The translations under genes and the position numbers were made by a program. A stretch of 64,000 bases of DNA from an uncultured Acidobacteriota bacterium (GTDB taxonomy: Bacteria > Acidobacteriota > Thermoanaerobaculia > Gp7-AA8), in contig CAVUKB010000006.1 of the NCBI GenBank assembly GCA_963741955.1, positions 1-64,000 of the forward strand, in the 5' to 3' direction. Within the stretch, counting starts at the first letter, position 1. Every line of letters starts with the position of its first letter. Under the pieces are notes generated by a model, which saw only the letters and a program-made list of their open reading frames with translations, was not told where the DNA came from and ran no database searches. This document shows positions 39,049-49,021 of this stretch, one piece after another.

Positions 39049-41814
39049 ATGCGCAAGTCGCACCTCGTGAATGTGATTCTCACGGTGATCACGCTGATCG
39101 CGATCGCCGGCGCGTTCACTTCATTCCAACGTAAGAGGTCGTCCTTCGAGCGGCTCGACTTCCGCTTCCACTGGGTCGAGGGAAAAGGGATCATCATCGT
39201 CGACGCAGTCGATCCCGGGAGTGGGGCGTCGGCATCGGGGCTTCGTCCCGGCGACCGGATCTGGGTAGTGGGACAGACTCCCGCGAGCGAGCTTCCCGGG
39301 CTGAAGCGGACACTTCGCGAGTCCGGCCCGGTGCGGCTCATCGTCGGACGAGGGGATCAGACACTCTCGCTCCGCTACACGGCTCCCGACCTCAAAGTCG
39401 ATTACCGCTATCTCTTCCTCACGTTCATAGGATTTCTGTATCTGGCCATCGGCCTCTTCACTCTCTTTCGAGGGACCCGTGCCGAGAGTCTTCTCTTTTA
39501 CGTTCTGACTCTCCTCGCATTCATCGTCTACGTCTACACTCCGGCGGGAGATCTCGACACGACGTACAAGCTGCTGTCGATGATCGAGGAGTACGCACGG
39601 ATTTTTCTCCCTCCGCTGACGCTGCACTTCTTCCTCCGCTTCCCCCGACCGCTGCTCGAGAAGCGGTGGATCATCGCCGCGCTCTACGTTCCTCCGATCC
39701 TCGTCACGATCTGGGTGACCAATCTCCTGGTGCTCGGCAACGTCTTTCCGGTGGGTTCGCCGGTGACCGCGTTCCACATCATCGACCGTTGGGAGATGTC
39801 GCAGTTCGCCGTGTACTTCACCCTCGCGCTGATCGCGCTGACCTACACGTATCGAACCGCGCCGGTGGTCGGACAGAAAAAGCAGATCAAATGGATCTAT
39901 CTCGGGATGGCATTCGGCTTCATCCCGTTCCTTCTCCTTTATCTCGTGCCGTACATCCGCAGCGGAGCCAATCCCGAGTACACCAGCCTCGCGGTCCTTC
40001 CGCTCGCGTTCATTCCGCTGGCATTCGCCGTCTCGATACTCAAGTACAAGCTGTGGGACGTCGAGGTGATCATCAAGGAGATCCTCGCGTACACGGTCAC
40101 GTTCATCTTCGGGATGGTCGCGTTCTCCACCGTGAACGTGATCCTCACTCATCTGATCGAAGAAGGGATGGCGCTGGAGCGGAACTTCCTCGCCTTCGCT
40201 TCCGGACTTCTGATCGCAGGAGTTCTGGTCCCGCTGAAGGGTCGGATCGAGACTCTGGTCGAGATGGTGCTGTACCGAGACACGTACCGCCACCGGCGGG
40301 CGATCGTCGAGTTCGGCCAGGAGCTGGCGACGTTCCGCGACCTTCATGAGCTCCTGGAAATCATCCGCGAGCGCCTCGCAGCAGCGGTGGGGATCGACCG
40401 GATGAACCTCTACGTCCGGGACGACGACTCCTTCATCCTCTACTCCGACGACCCGCGGATCCCTTTCCGGGTGGAGCAGAGCGATTTCGCGGCGCTTCCG
40501 ATCGACCGGCCGCTGATCCTCGACGAGCCACGGCTTCCCGATGCGAGCGAGATTCCGCTGCAACTCCTCCGCGCGGGCTACCGGTACGTATTTCCGCTGC
40601 GGCACCGGAGCGAGTTGAAGGGAATGCTGATCTCGGGTGCGAAGCGCGGTGAGGACCGCCTCTCGACCGACGACCTGCAGCTGGTCGGATCACTCACCGC
40701 TCCGGTCGCCCTCGCGATCGAGAACTCGCGACTTTACGGACGCCTGAGGCGGCAACTCGACGAGATCCGATCGCTCAAGGAGTACAACGAGAACATCATC
40801 GAGTCGTCCGCCTCGGCGATCGTGGTGGTCACCGCCGACGGAACGGTGATGACCGCGAACCGCGCGTTCTGGACTCTGATCGGCGTTGCTTCCGGTTACG
40901 AAGGGACGATCGACAGGCTCTTCCCTCCTTACCGCGACGCCGTCGCTGCCCCGAACACCACCATCGAAATGCGATTCACCAATCTGCAAGGTGAAGAGAA
41001 AGCGCTCAGCGTCACCGCGGCGGAGTTCAACGCCCAGTACGCGCCGCGCGGCACGATGGTGCTGGTGATCGTCGACATCTCGGAGCGGGCACGTCTCGAG
41101 CGTGAGCTGCAGCAGAAGGAGCGGCTGGCCTCTCTCGGCCTCTTCGCCGCAGGAATCGCGCACGAGGTGAACACACCTCTGACCGGAATCTCTTCCTACG
41201 CGCAGCTGCTTCTGTCGGACGTCGCACCCGACGATCCGAAGTACACCATCCTGAAGAAGATGGAGCAGCAGACTTTCCGCGCTTCCCATCTCGTGAACAA
41301 CCTGCTCGATTTCGCGTCCAACCGGCAGCGTCGAACCGAACAGATCGATCTGGAGGATCTGATCCGCTCGACAGTGGTCCTCCACGAGGACCTGCTGCGG
41401 GCCAGGGAAGTCCGGCTCCACCTCGGCGAGCTGCAAAGTGCGACCGTGGAGGGAGATTTTCTCCAGATTCAGCAGGTCGTAACCAATCTGTTGCTCAATG
41501 CGAAAGATGCCGTCGCTCGAGAGGGTAATATCTGGATCGACCTCACAGTCGATGGAACGAGCGCGCAGCTTTCGGTTCGTGACGACGGTCCGGGCATTCC
41601 GCCCGAGATCCAGTCGTTCATCTTCGAGCCTCTCGCGACGACCAAGTCGGCGCAGGGCGGTACCGGACTCGGTCTCGCCATCTCGCGCCGGATCGTTCGC
41701 TCCATCGGAGGTGAGATCGCGGTGAAGAGTGCTCCGGGGGCGGGTGCAACATTTCTCGTCACTCTTCCGTTATCTACCCCGAGTGTGAGCCCGACGCGAG
41801 AGAGCGCCAGATGA
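39049..41814 (+). CDS. Membrane sensor histidine kinase (PDZ, multi-TM, GAF, PAS, HisKA, HATPase)
   Basis: SGLRPGDRI PDZ; IAHEVNTPL H-box; NLLLNA, DDGPGI, GTGLGL boxes. Confidence 0.95.
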   Translation: MRKSHLVNVILTVITLIAIAGAFTSFQRKRSSFERLDFRFHWVEGKGIIIVDAVDPGSGASASGLRPGDRIWVVGQTPASELPGLKRTLRESGPVRLIVGRGDQTLSLRYTAPDLKVDYRYLFLTFIGFLYLAIGLFTLFRGTRAESLLFYVLTLLAFIVYVYTPAGDLDTTYKLLSMIEEYARIFLPPLTLHFFLRFPRPLLEKRWIIAALYVPPILVTIWVTNLLVLGNVFPVGSPVTAFHIIDRWEMSQFAVYFTLALIALTYTYRTAPVVGQKKQIKWIYLGMAFGFIPFLLLYLVPYIRSGANPEYTSLAVLPLAFIPLAFAVSILKYKLWDVEVIIKEILAYTVTFIFGMVAFSTVNVILTHLIEEGMALERNFLAFASGLLIAGVLVPLKGRIETLVEMVLYRDTYRHRRAIVEFGQELATFRDLHELLEIIRERLAAAVGIDRMNLYVRDDDSFILYSDDPRIPFRVEQSDFAALPIDRPLILDEPRLPDASEIPLQLLRAGYRYVFPLRHRSELKGMLISGAKRGEDRLSTDDLQLVGSLTAPVALAIENSRLYGRLRRQLDEIRSLKEYNENIIESSASAIVVVTADGTVMTANRAFWTLIGVASGYEGTIDRLFPPYRDAVAAPNTTIEMRFTNLQGEEKALSVTAAEFNAQYAPRGTMVLVIVDISERARLERELQQKERLASLGLFAAGIAHEVNTPLTGISSYAQLLLSDVAPDDPKYTILKKMEQQTFRASHLVNNLLDFASNRQRRTEQIDLEDLIRSTVVLHEDLLRAREVRLHLGELQSATVEGDFLQIQQVVTNLLLNAKDAVAREGNIWIDLTVDGTSAQLSVRDDGPGIPPEIQSFIFEPLATTKSAQGGTGLGLAISRRIVRSIGGEIAVKSAPGAGATFLVTLPLSTPSVSPTRESAR

Positions 41815-43223
41815 AAATACTGATCATCGACGACGAACAGGTTCTCCGGGACGTTCTGGACACCCTCCTGACTCGTGAGGGTTACGACACAGCTCTGGCA
41901 GCCAGCGGAGAGGAAGGGATCGGCATCGTCGACAACGACGAGATCGATCTGGTGATCCTCGACATGATGCTGCCGGGGATGAGCGGGATCGACACGCTCC
42001 GGATGATCAAGGAGACCAACGCTTCGATCCCGGTAATCATCATCACCGCCTATTCGAGCATCGATGGCGCGATCGAGGCGATGAAGGAAGGCGCCTTCCA
42101 CTACATCCCGAAACCGTTCAAGAACGACGAAGTGGTGCTCACGGTGCGCAAGGCTCTCGACCAGCGCCGGCTTTCCAGCGAGAACGAGCGGCTCAAAGCG
42201 GAGCTTTCGGAGAAGTATTCGTTCTCCAACATCCTCGGCAAGAGCGACGCGATGAAGAAGATCTTCGATCTGATCCGCCTCGCCGCTCCGTCGCGCTCGA
42301 ACATTCTGATCACCGGCGAATCGGGAACTGGAAAGGAGCTGGCCGCCCGCGCGATCCACCACGCCAGCCCCCGCGCGAAGAATGCTTTCGTCACCGTCAA
42401 CTCGGGATCACTCCCGCCGGAACTGCTCGAGTCGAATCTCTTCGGCCACGTAAAGGGAGCCTTCACCGGCGCCATCGCGAACAAGCGAGGTCTGTTCGAG
42501 ATCGCCGACGGCGGCTCGATCTTTCTCGACGAGATCGGCAATGTCGGTCTCGACACTCAGGCCAAGCTGCTCCGCGTGATCCAGGAGAAGGAGTTCATGC
42601 GACTCGGTGGCGTGGAGACGATCCGCGTGGACGTACGGATCATCGCCGCGAGCAATGCCGACCTTCAGGAGCTGATCCGCGACTCCGAGTTCCGCGAAGA
42701 TCTCTACTACCGACTCAACGTCATCACCATCACGCTTCCGCCTCTCCGGCGCCGCCGCGAGGACATTCCGCTGCTCGCCACTCACTTCCTCCACAAGTAC
42801 TCGGCCGAGAATCGGAGGACGATCCTGGAGATCACTCCCGAGGTGATGCGGATCCTGATGGATCACACCTGGCCGGGAAACGTGCGCGAGCTGGAAAACA
42901 CCCTCGAACGGGCCGTGGTCCTCTCGACCGGCGATCGAATCACTCCCGATCTGCTTCCCGAATATCTCCGGAACCCGCAGCCGCAGGACCAGCTCACCAC
43001 GGTTCTTCCCTCCTCCGGCCTCTCGCTCAAGGATGCCGTCTCACGATACGAGCGGAACATGATCCTTCAGTCGCTGGAGCTCGCGAACGGAGTGCAGAAG
43101 AAGGCTGCGGAGCTGCTGCAGATGAAACCTTCCACTCTCAACGAGATGATGAAGCGGCTCGGAATTCAGTGGAAGTCGAATGGCAGCCGCGCCTCCGAGG
43201 AAGAGACCTACGCTGCGAAGTGA
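41811..43223 (+). CDS. Sigma54-dependent response regulator (NtrC/AtoC family)
   Basis: REC domain, GESGTGKE, GAFTGA, FLDEI, WPGNVRELEN, Fis-type HTH. Confidence 0.96.
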   Translation: MKILIIDDEQVLRDVLDTLLTREGYDTALAASGEEGIGIVDNDEIDLVILDMMLPGMSGIDTLRMIKETNASIPVIIITAYSSIDGAIEAMKEGAFHYIPKPFKNDEVVLTVRKALDQRRLSSENERLKAELSEKYSFSNILGKSDAMKKIFDLIRLAAPSRSNILITGESGTGKELAARAIHHASPRAKNAFVTVNSGSLPPELLESNLFGHVKGAFTGAIANKRGLFEIADGGSIFLDEIGNVGLDTQAKLLRVIQEKEFMRLGGVETIRVDVRIIAASNADLQELIRDSEFREDLYYRLNVITITLPPLRRRREDIPLLATHFLHKYSAENRRTILEITPEVMRILMDHTWPGNVRELENTLERAVVLSTGDRITPDLLPEYLRNPQPQDQLTTVLPSSGLSLKDAVSRYERNMILQSLELANGVQKKAAELLQMKPSTLNEMMKRLGIQWKSNGSRASEEETYAAK

Positions 43224-43260
43224 GGGCGGGATCTCGATTCCGTACGAAAGACCCGGAGGC

Positions 43261-43494
43261 TCAGGGACGGGTGAGCTTCATCAGTGCCCAGAGGCTGACG
43301 AACGACCAGACCCCCTCGAGAACGATGAAGCCGTACTGGCGTTCTGCGACCGCAGTGATGCAGAGAGCGATTCCACCGAGAAGGTTGAACAGCTGGTAAG
43401 TCACCGTTTCGCGCTCGATGCGCCCTGTCTGATTGGCCACGAAAGCGAATAGAATCAGAAAAGCACCGAGCAGCGAGATCACCTGAAATATCAT
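43261..43494 (-). CDS. Small membrane protein (CBU_0592-like)
   Basis: MIFQVISLLGAFLILFAF...YQLFNLLG...GFIVLEGVW, 77 aa; SD GGGAGG. Confidence 0.85.
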   Translation of the reverse strand: MIFQVISLLGAFLILFAFVANQTGRIERETVTYQLFNLLGGIALCITAVAERQYGFIVLEGVWSFVSLWALMKLTRP

Positions 43495-43618
43495 CGAATC
43501 CTCCCGCCGGGCTTCGAGCCGGCAGGACTCGAGCCGCAGTCTTCTATCACAGCGCGGCGCGGGGCGGAATACGTGACCAGCCGCCGCCGCGACGTATCGA
43601 CGAGGGGCATTGACTCTG

Positions 43619-46171
43619 ATGAAACGCATCATCGTGCTGATCCTTCTGTTCGCAGCAACCACCTCTCTGGCCGTCGCCGCCTCACCGACGCCGAAGCAGT
43701 TCCTCGGCTACCAGATCGGTGACCACTTCACTCCGTGGTCGCGCATCGCCGATTACTTCGACACGCTCGCGCAAACCTCCGATCGCGTGACCGTGCAACG
43801 GTTCGGAGAAACGTGGGAGCGACGCCCGCTGATGTATGCGGTGATCACCTCGTCCCGAAATCAGGCGCGGATCGAGGAGATCCGGAAGAACCTCGCGGCG
43901 ATCGCCGATCCGCGGGCCACCACGCCCGCCGAGGCCCAACGGATCGCGAGCAGCACCCCGGTCGTGGTGTGGCTCGCATTCGGTGTCCACGGTGACGAAT
44001 CGTCATCCAGCGAAGCGGCGATGGAAGTCGCGAACTGGCTGGTCCAGGGCGGAAAGGAAGCCGACGATCTGCTCGAGAACACCGTGGTGATCATCGATCC
44101 GCTCGAGAATCCGGATGGCCGCGAAAGGTATGTACAGTGGTTCCGCCAGACGGTAGGACAGAAGGCCGATCCGAACCCCTCGTCGTTTCAGCACCTTCAG
44201 CCGTGGCCGGGCGGAAGGTACAACCACTACCTCGTCGACATGAACCGTGACTGGGCGTGGTCGACGCAGCGCGAGACCCGCGCGCGGATCTCCGCGTTCC
44301 GGCAGTGGCACCCGCAGGTCTTCGTCGACTTTCACGAAATGGGAGTCGACTCCAGCTATTTCTTTCCTCCCGATGCGAGTCCGATCAATTCGAATATCCG
44401 CCAGGATACGGAGAAGTGGCTCCAGGTGTTCGGCCGCGCGAACGCGGACGTCTTCTCCAGCCGCGGCTGGCCGTTTTTCGTGAACGAAGTGTTCGATCTC
44501 TTCTATCCCGGTTACGGCGACTCGTGGCCTTCGCTGAACGGGGCGATCGGGATGACTTACGAGATGGCGGGAGGAGGACGCGCGGGGAGAAAGGTCCGCC
44601 GCGACGACGGAACGATTCTCACTCTCGCGGAGCGGGCAGAAAAGCACGCGACCGCGGCGATGAACACCATCCGCACTGCGGCTACCCATCGCCACGACCT
44701 GATTCTCCATACCTTCGACACGTTCGAGTCCAATCTCGAGGCACCTGCTTCGACGTACTTCATCGCTCCGGGCTCGCCGAATTTCGACGATGCCGTCGAC
44801 CTTCTCCGCCGGCAGGGAATCGAGATCCGCATGTTGACGCAGCCGCTCACCGTGAATGCCACGGCGATCCGCACCGGCGAGAGCGGAACCCGGCAGATTC
44901 CGGCCGGCTCGGCGGTGATCTCCACCCGGCAGCCGCTCGGCGCACTGGCCCGTTCACTCCTCGAGCGCTCTCCTGTCTTTTCCGATCACTTCATCGAACG
45001 GCAACGCGAGCGCATCGCGCGCGATCAGCCGGACGAGTTCTACGACATCACCGCGTGGAGCATTCCCGTCTCACATGCGCTCGACGCATGGGTGAGCCAG
45101 AAGCCATTGAACGCTCCCACCACTCCATGGGCAGATCAGGAGAAGCCGCAATTTCAGAAGGCGAAGTTCGCGTGGCTGATCGACGGCGCCGATCCCGCGG
45201 TCTACCGCACCGCGGGACAGCTTCTCGAGCGCGGGATCCGTTTCAGCGTCAGCTCCACCGATCTCGAGCTCGGCTCGGAGAAGCTCGCGCGCGGTACGCT
45301 CGCCATCCTCCGGAGCAACAACGGCGATGATCTCGACAAGTCGTTGAAGGAGATCGTCGATGCGACCGCTGCCCACACCATTCCCCTCGACAATGCCTGG
45401 ACCGATGGCGTGGTCCTCGGATCGGAGAAGTTCCAGTACGTCCGCGATCCCGGAATCGCGCTGGTCGGAGGTGAAGGGACGGACTCCTCCGCGTTCGGTG
45501 CGCTCTGGTACACCATCGACGTCGAAGTTCCCGTCCCTCATTCCGTGATTCCTCTCGACCGCCTCGGATCGACGGATCTGTCGAAGATCCACGTTCTCCT
45601 CCTGCCGGACGGCCGCGGCTACTCGCGCCTTCTGGACAAGGGGGCGATCGAACGGCTCCAGCAGTGGGTCCGTGACGGCGGAACGATCGTGGCCACCGCG
45701 AACGCCGGAAAATTTCTGCGAAGCAAGGAAGCGGGGCTCTCGAGCATCGAGGAATGGGCGCCGCCGAAGAAGGACGAGAAAGAAGCGAAGAGCGAAGGTA
45801 GACCTCTCGGCGAGCGGTACAACGATTATCAGGTTCCGGGCGCCGCGTTCCGAACCGAGATGAATCCGTCGAGCTATCTCACGTTCGGGCTCACCAGCGC
45901 GCCCGACGTCTTCGTCTCGGGGAAGACGGCGCTCCTCCCGCTCCCCCATCCCGTGGACAATGTGCTGCGGATCCGGAGCGACGATCCACTCGCGGCCGGA
46001 TTCGCGTGGCCGGAATCGATCGACCGGCTGAAAGGGTCGGTCTGGCTCGGGATCGAGCACACCGGAAAAGGGAAGGTGATCACGTTCGCCGACGAACCGA
46101 ACTTCCGTCTTTTCTGGAGAGCGACGCTCGCGCCATTGATGAATGCTCTGCTCTATTCACATTCGTTCTGA
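43619..46171 (+). CDS. Exported M14 zinc carboxypeptidase family protein
   Basis: Signal peptide; VHGDE, NPDGRER, DMNRDW, DFHEMG; C-terminal GATase-like domain. Confidence 0.93.
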   Translation: MKRIIVLILLFAATTSLAVAASPTPKQFLGYQIGDHFTPWSRIADYFDTLAQTSDRVTVQRFGETWERRPLMYAVITSSRNQARIEEIRKNLAAIADPRATTPAEAQRIASSTPVVVWLAFGVHGDESSSSEAAMEVANWLVQGGKEADDLLENTVVIIDPLENPDGRERYVQWFRQTVGQKADPNPSSFQHLQPWPGGRYNHYLVDMNRDWAWSTQRETRARISAFRQWHPQVFVDFHEMGVDSSYFFPPDASPINSNIRQDTEKWLQVFGRANADVFSSRGWPFFVNEVFDLFYPGYGDSWPSLNGAIGMTYEMAGGGRAGRKVRRDDGTILTLAERAEKHATAAMNTIRTAATHRHDLILHTFDTFESNLEAPASTYFIAPGSPNFDDAVDLLRRQGIEIRMLTQPLTVNATAIRTGESGTRQIPAGSAVISTRQPLGALARSLLERSPVFSDHFIERQRERIARDQPDEFYDITAWSIPVSHALDAWVSQKPLNAPTTPWADQEKPQFQKAKFAWLIDGADPAVYRTAGQLLERGIRFSVSSTDLELGSEKLARGTLAILRSNNGDDLDKSLKEIVDATAAHTIPLDNAWTDGVVLGSEKFQYVRDPGIALVGGEGTDSSAFGALWYTIDVEVPVPHSVIPLDRLGSTDLSKIHVLLLPDGRGYSRLLDKGAIERLQQWVRDGGTIVATANAGKFLRSKEAGLSSIEEWAPPKKDEKEAKSEGRPLGERYNDYQVPGAAFRTEMNPSSYLTFGLTSAPDVFVSGKTALLPLPHPVDNVLRIRSDDPLAAGFAWPESIDRLKGSVWLGIEHTGKGKVITFADEPNFRLFWRATLAPLMNALLYSHSF

Positions 46172-46464
46172 AGAATGTCGGATGATCGTGGAAATGAAGT
46201 GATTTCGAAAGATTCCTGAGCTTGCCTTCCGCCCGATGCGGAATGATATTGATTCGGTCGGGCGGAGCGCGAGGCGAAGGTTCCCTCCAGAGCGAGGCAG
46301 AACCAGACCCTCTCACTTTGCGAATCAAAGATGGGAATCACTGATTCCCGGCGCTTCGAAGCGTTCTACAGTCAGCCACTCCGTCCGGAACAGACGCCGC
46401 GATCCGTCGCGGCGTCTGCTTTTCACCTCCCCGTGATACGCTTCGCCTTGACGCAGGAGCGCCG

Positions 46465-47286
46465 ATGGGAAGAAGGCAGCCGGCCGTAGCGGGATGGTTC
46501 TACGAACGTGATTCCGAGCGACTTCGTGCACAGGTGGACGCGTGTTTCGCCGCGAATCCGCCGGTCACGCAGAAGCGACGCGTGGTCGGCGCCGTCGTCC
46601 CGCACGCAGGGCTGATGTACAGCGGCCAGATCGCCGCGGCGCTCTACGCGATCGCCGATCTCCCGAGGAGACTGGTGATTCTCTGCCCCAACCACACCGG
46701 ATTCGGATCGGGCGCCGCGATCAATCTCGAAGGAAGCTGGGTCACCCCGCTCGGTGAAGTGCCGATCGACACCGAGCTCGCAAAGGAGATCGCAGAGGCG
46801 TGCGGAACGGTCGAGGACGACTCCGCGGCACACGCACGCGAACACTCGCTGGAAGTCCAGCTGCCGCTCCTTCAGTCGATCCTTCCCGAGTTCTCAATCG
46901 TCCCTCTCTGCCTCGGCATTCACCGGTACCAGTTCTGCGAGGAGATCGGAGAGGCGCTCGCCATGGTGGTCGAACGACATCGGGAGAATGATCCGGTGGC
47001 CATCATCGCGAGCAGCGATCTGAACCACCACGAAGAACAGTCGGTGACGCTGCGGAAGGACCAGCTCGCGATCGACCGGCTTCTGGCACGCGATCCGCGG
47101 GGGCTGTGGGAGACGGTACAGCGCGAACGGATCTCGATGTGCGGCATCGTTCCGGGGACCGCCATGCTGGTCGCGGCGAATCAGCTCGGCGCCTCCGAGT
47201 CGGAGTTGATCCGGCACGCCACCTCCGGTGACGTCAATGGCGATTTCGATTCCGTGGTCGGCTACGCCGCCGTTCTCGTTTCATGA
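46465..47286 (+). CDS. amrB: AmmeMemoRadiSam system protein B (MEMO1 family)
   Basis: RQPAVAGWFY, PHAGLMYSG, PNHTG, EHSLEVQLP, SSDLNH, SMCG, VVGY. Confidence 0.93.
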   Translation: MGRRQPAVAGWFYERDSERLRAQVDACFAANPPVTQKRRVVGAVVPHAGLMYSGQIAAALYAIADLPRRLVILCPNHTGFGSGAAINLEGSWVTPLGEVPIDTELAKEIAEACGTVEDDSAAHAREHSLEVQLPLLQSILPEFSIVPLCLGIHRYQFCEEIGEALAMVVERHRENDPVAIIASSDLNHHEEQSVTLRKDQLAIDRLLARDPRGLWETVQRERISMCGIVPGTAMLVAANQLGASESELIRHATSGDVNGDFDSVVGYAAVLVS

Positions 47287-48758
47287 CACGAAAACTCCGC
47301 ATCGCATTCGTCTCGGCCGAAGTCTCGCCGTTCGCCAAGACCGGCGGATTGGGAGACGTCGCCGGCGCTCTCCCGCGCCAGCTCGGCGTTCACGGCCACG
47401 ACGTGGTGGTCTTCACTCCCTGGTACCGTCAGACCAGGGAGTACTTCGAAGCCGCCGGCGTCCAGCCGGAGACGCTCGCCTCCCTCATGATCATCTGGCC
47501 CGGCTTCTCCGCTCCGGTGACGCTCCTCCGCTCCACGCTTCCGGGGAGCGGAGTTCCGGTGATCTTCGTGGCCAATGACGCGCTGTTCGACCGGGACGGA
47601 ATCTACGCGCTGCGGGACGGAATCTACGACGACCTCCTCGAACGATTCACGTTCTTCTGCCGTGCGGTCATTGCCGCATGCGAGACCCTCGGGTTCAGCC
47701 CCGACATTCTCCACGCGAACGACTGGCACACCGCTCTGCTGCCGATCATGCTCGCGAACGGCCTCCGCCACTCGCCCCACTTCGCGCACTGCGCCTCCGT
47801 CTTCACCATTCACAATCTCAACTACCAGGGTCGCTACGGCGCGGAACATTTCCCCGGCACCGGGCTCCCGTTCAGTCTCTGGTCTCCTGCCGCAGTGGAG
47901 TATTTCGGTGATCTGAACCTGATGAAGGGAGCAATCATCTTCGCCGACCGGGTCACCGCGGTCTCGCCGAATTACGCAAAGGAGATCCAGACTCCTCCCT
48001 TCGGCGCCGGGCTCGACGGAATCCTTCGGGAGCACGCTTCGAAGCTTGTCGGAATCCTCAACGGAATCGATGTCGAGGAGTGGAACCCGGAAACCGACCG
48101 GTACATCCCGGCGCGCTTTTCGACCGAGTCACTGGCCGGCAAGGCGGATTGCCGGCGCGAGTTGAGAAAAGAAGCCGGCCTTCAGCCCCGGCCGCGGACG
48201 CCGGTGATCGGAATCATCTCCCGCCTCGTCGAACAGAAGGGATTCGATCTCCTCCTTCCGGAGATTCCGCGCCTTCTCTCGCTCGGAGCACAGTTCGTGG
48301 TGCTCGGGTCGGGAGCGTCATTCATCGAAGAAGCATTCCGCAGTTTCGAACGCGACTTTTCCGCCCAGTTCCGCACCTGGATCACATTCGATCTGGGACT
48401 GTCACATCGGATCATCGCCGGCTCGGATCTTCTTCTGATGCCTTCGCACTACGAGCCGTGCGGGCTGAATCAGATGTACGCGCTCCGCTACGGTACGCTG
48501 CCGATCGTCCGTCTCACGGGCGGCCTCGCGGATACCGTACTCCCCTTCGATGGGAGCAACCGCCGGATCGCGAACGGTTTCGGATTCGGTCGCCCCGATG
48601 CGGAGATGCTGTTCCTCATCTCCTGGATCGCGATGCTGAGCTGGAAGGACGAGGCGCTCCGTCGCACTCTTCAGAGGAATGGGATGTCGGCCGACTTTTC
48701 GTGGGACCACTCGGCACGCGAATACGAGCGCGTTTACCGCTCGACCATCGGCGCCTGA
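47283..48758 (+). CDS. glgA: Glycogen synthase
   Basis: KTGGLGDV, HANDWHTAL, TIHNLNYQG, EPCGLNQMYALRYGT, TGGLADTV. Confidence 0.96.
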   Translation: MTRKLRIAFVSAEVSPFAKTGGLGDVAGALPRQLGVHGHDVVVFTPWYRQTREYFEAAGVQPETLASLMIIWPGFSAPVTLLRSTLPGSGVPVIFVANDALFDRDGIYALRDGIYDDLLERFTFFCRAVIAACETLGFSPDILHANDWHTALLPIMLANGLRHSPHFAHCASVFTIHNLNYQGRYGAEHFPGTGLPFSLWSPAAVEYFGDLNLMKGAIIFADRVTAVSPNYAKEIQTPPFGAGLDGILREHASKLVGILNGIDVEEWNPETDRYIPARFSTESLAGKADCRRELRKEAGLQPRPRTPVIGIISRLVEQKGFDLLLPEIPRLLSLGAQFVVLGSGASFIEEAFRSFERDFSAQFRTWITFDLGLSHRIIAGSDLLLMPSHYEPCGLNQMYALRYGTLPIVRLTGGLADTVLPFDGSNRRIANGFGFGRPDAEMLFLISWIAMLSWKDEALRRTLQRNGMSADFSWDHSAREYERVYRSTIGA

Positions 48759-48759
48759 A

Positions 48760-48844
48760 TCCCGCACAATATTCCCGCACGGGTGCGCTGCGCGGACAGC
48801 GACCCCGGTAACCTCCTTCCTCGGGCTGTGGCATCGGCAATGCA
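48760..48844 (+). promoter_or_regulatory. Sigma54 promoter of the small ORF, with upstream direct repeat
   Basis: TGGCAT-CGGCA-ATGCA at 48829-48844 (GG-N10-GC); TCCCGCAC twice at 48760 and 48773. Confidence 0.65.
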
Positions 48845-48883
48845 GTGTTGAAAGTCGACGGCAAGAGCCGGGAAGGAGACGAG

Positions 48884-49012
48884 ATGGAACTCTTCACTCT
48901 GATCAGCATATTCGCCATTTCCGCCGTCGTCGGCGTTCTGATGGCGAGAGACAGCACGAACCAGGAGCTCCTCACCGTACGCGTGAGATCGGAGAAGAAC
49001 AAAGGACGCTGA
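48884..49012 (+). CDS. 42-aa single-TM small protein
   Basis: Below the ORF-track cutoff; GAAGGAG SD; MELFTLISIFAISAVVGVLMARDSTNQELLTVRVRSEKNKGR. Confidence 0.72.
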   Translation: MELFTLISIFAISAVVGVLMARDSTNQELLTVRVRSEKNKGR

Positions 49013-49021
49013 ACGGCGTCC

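Noticed and set aside
46465-47286. Complete AmmeMemoRadiSam system
   Set aside because: Only amrB is present; amrA and amrS are not in the window, and dispersal of these genes is common.
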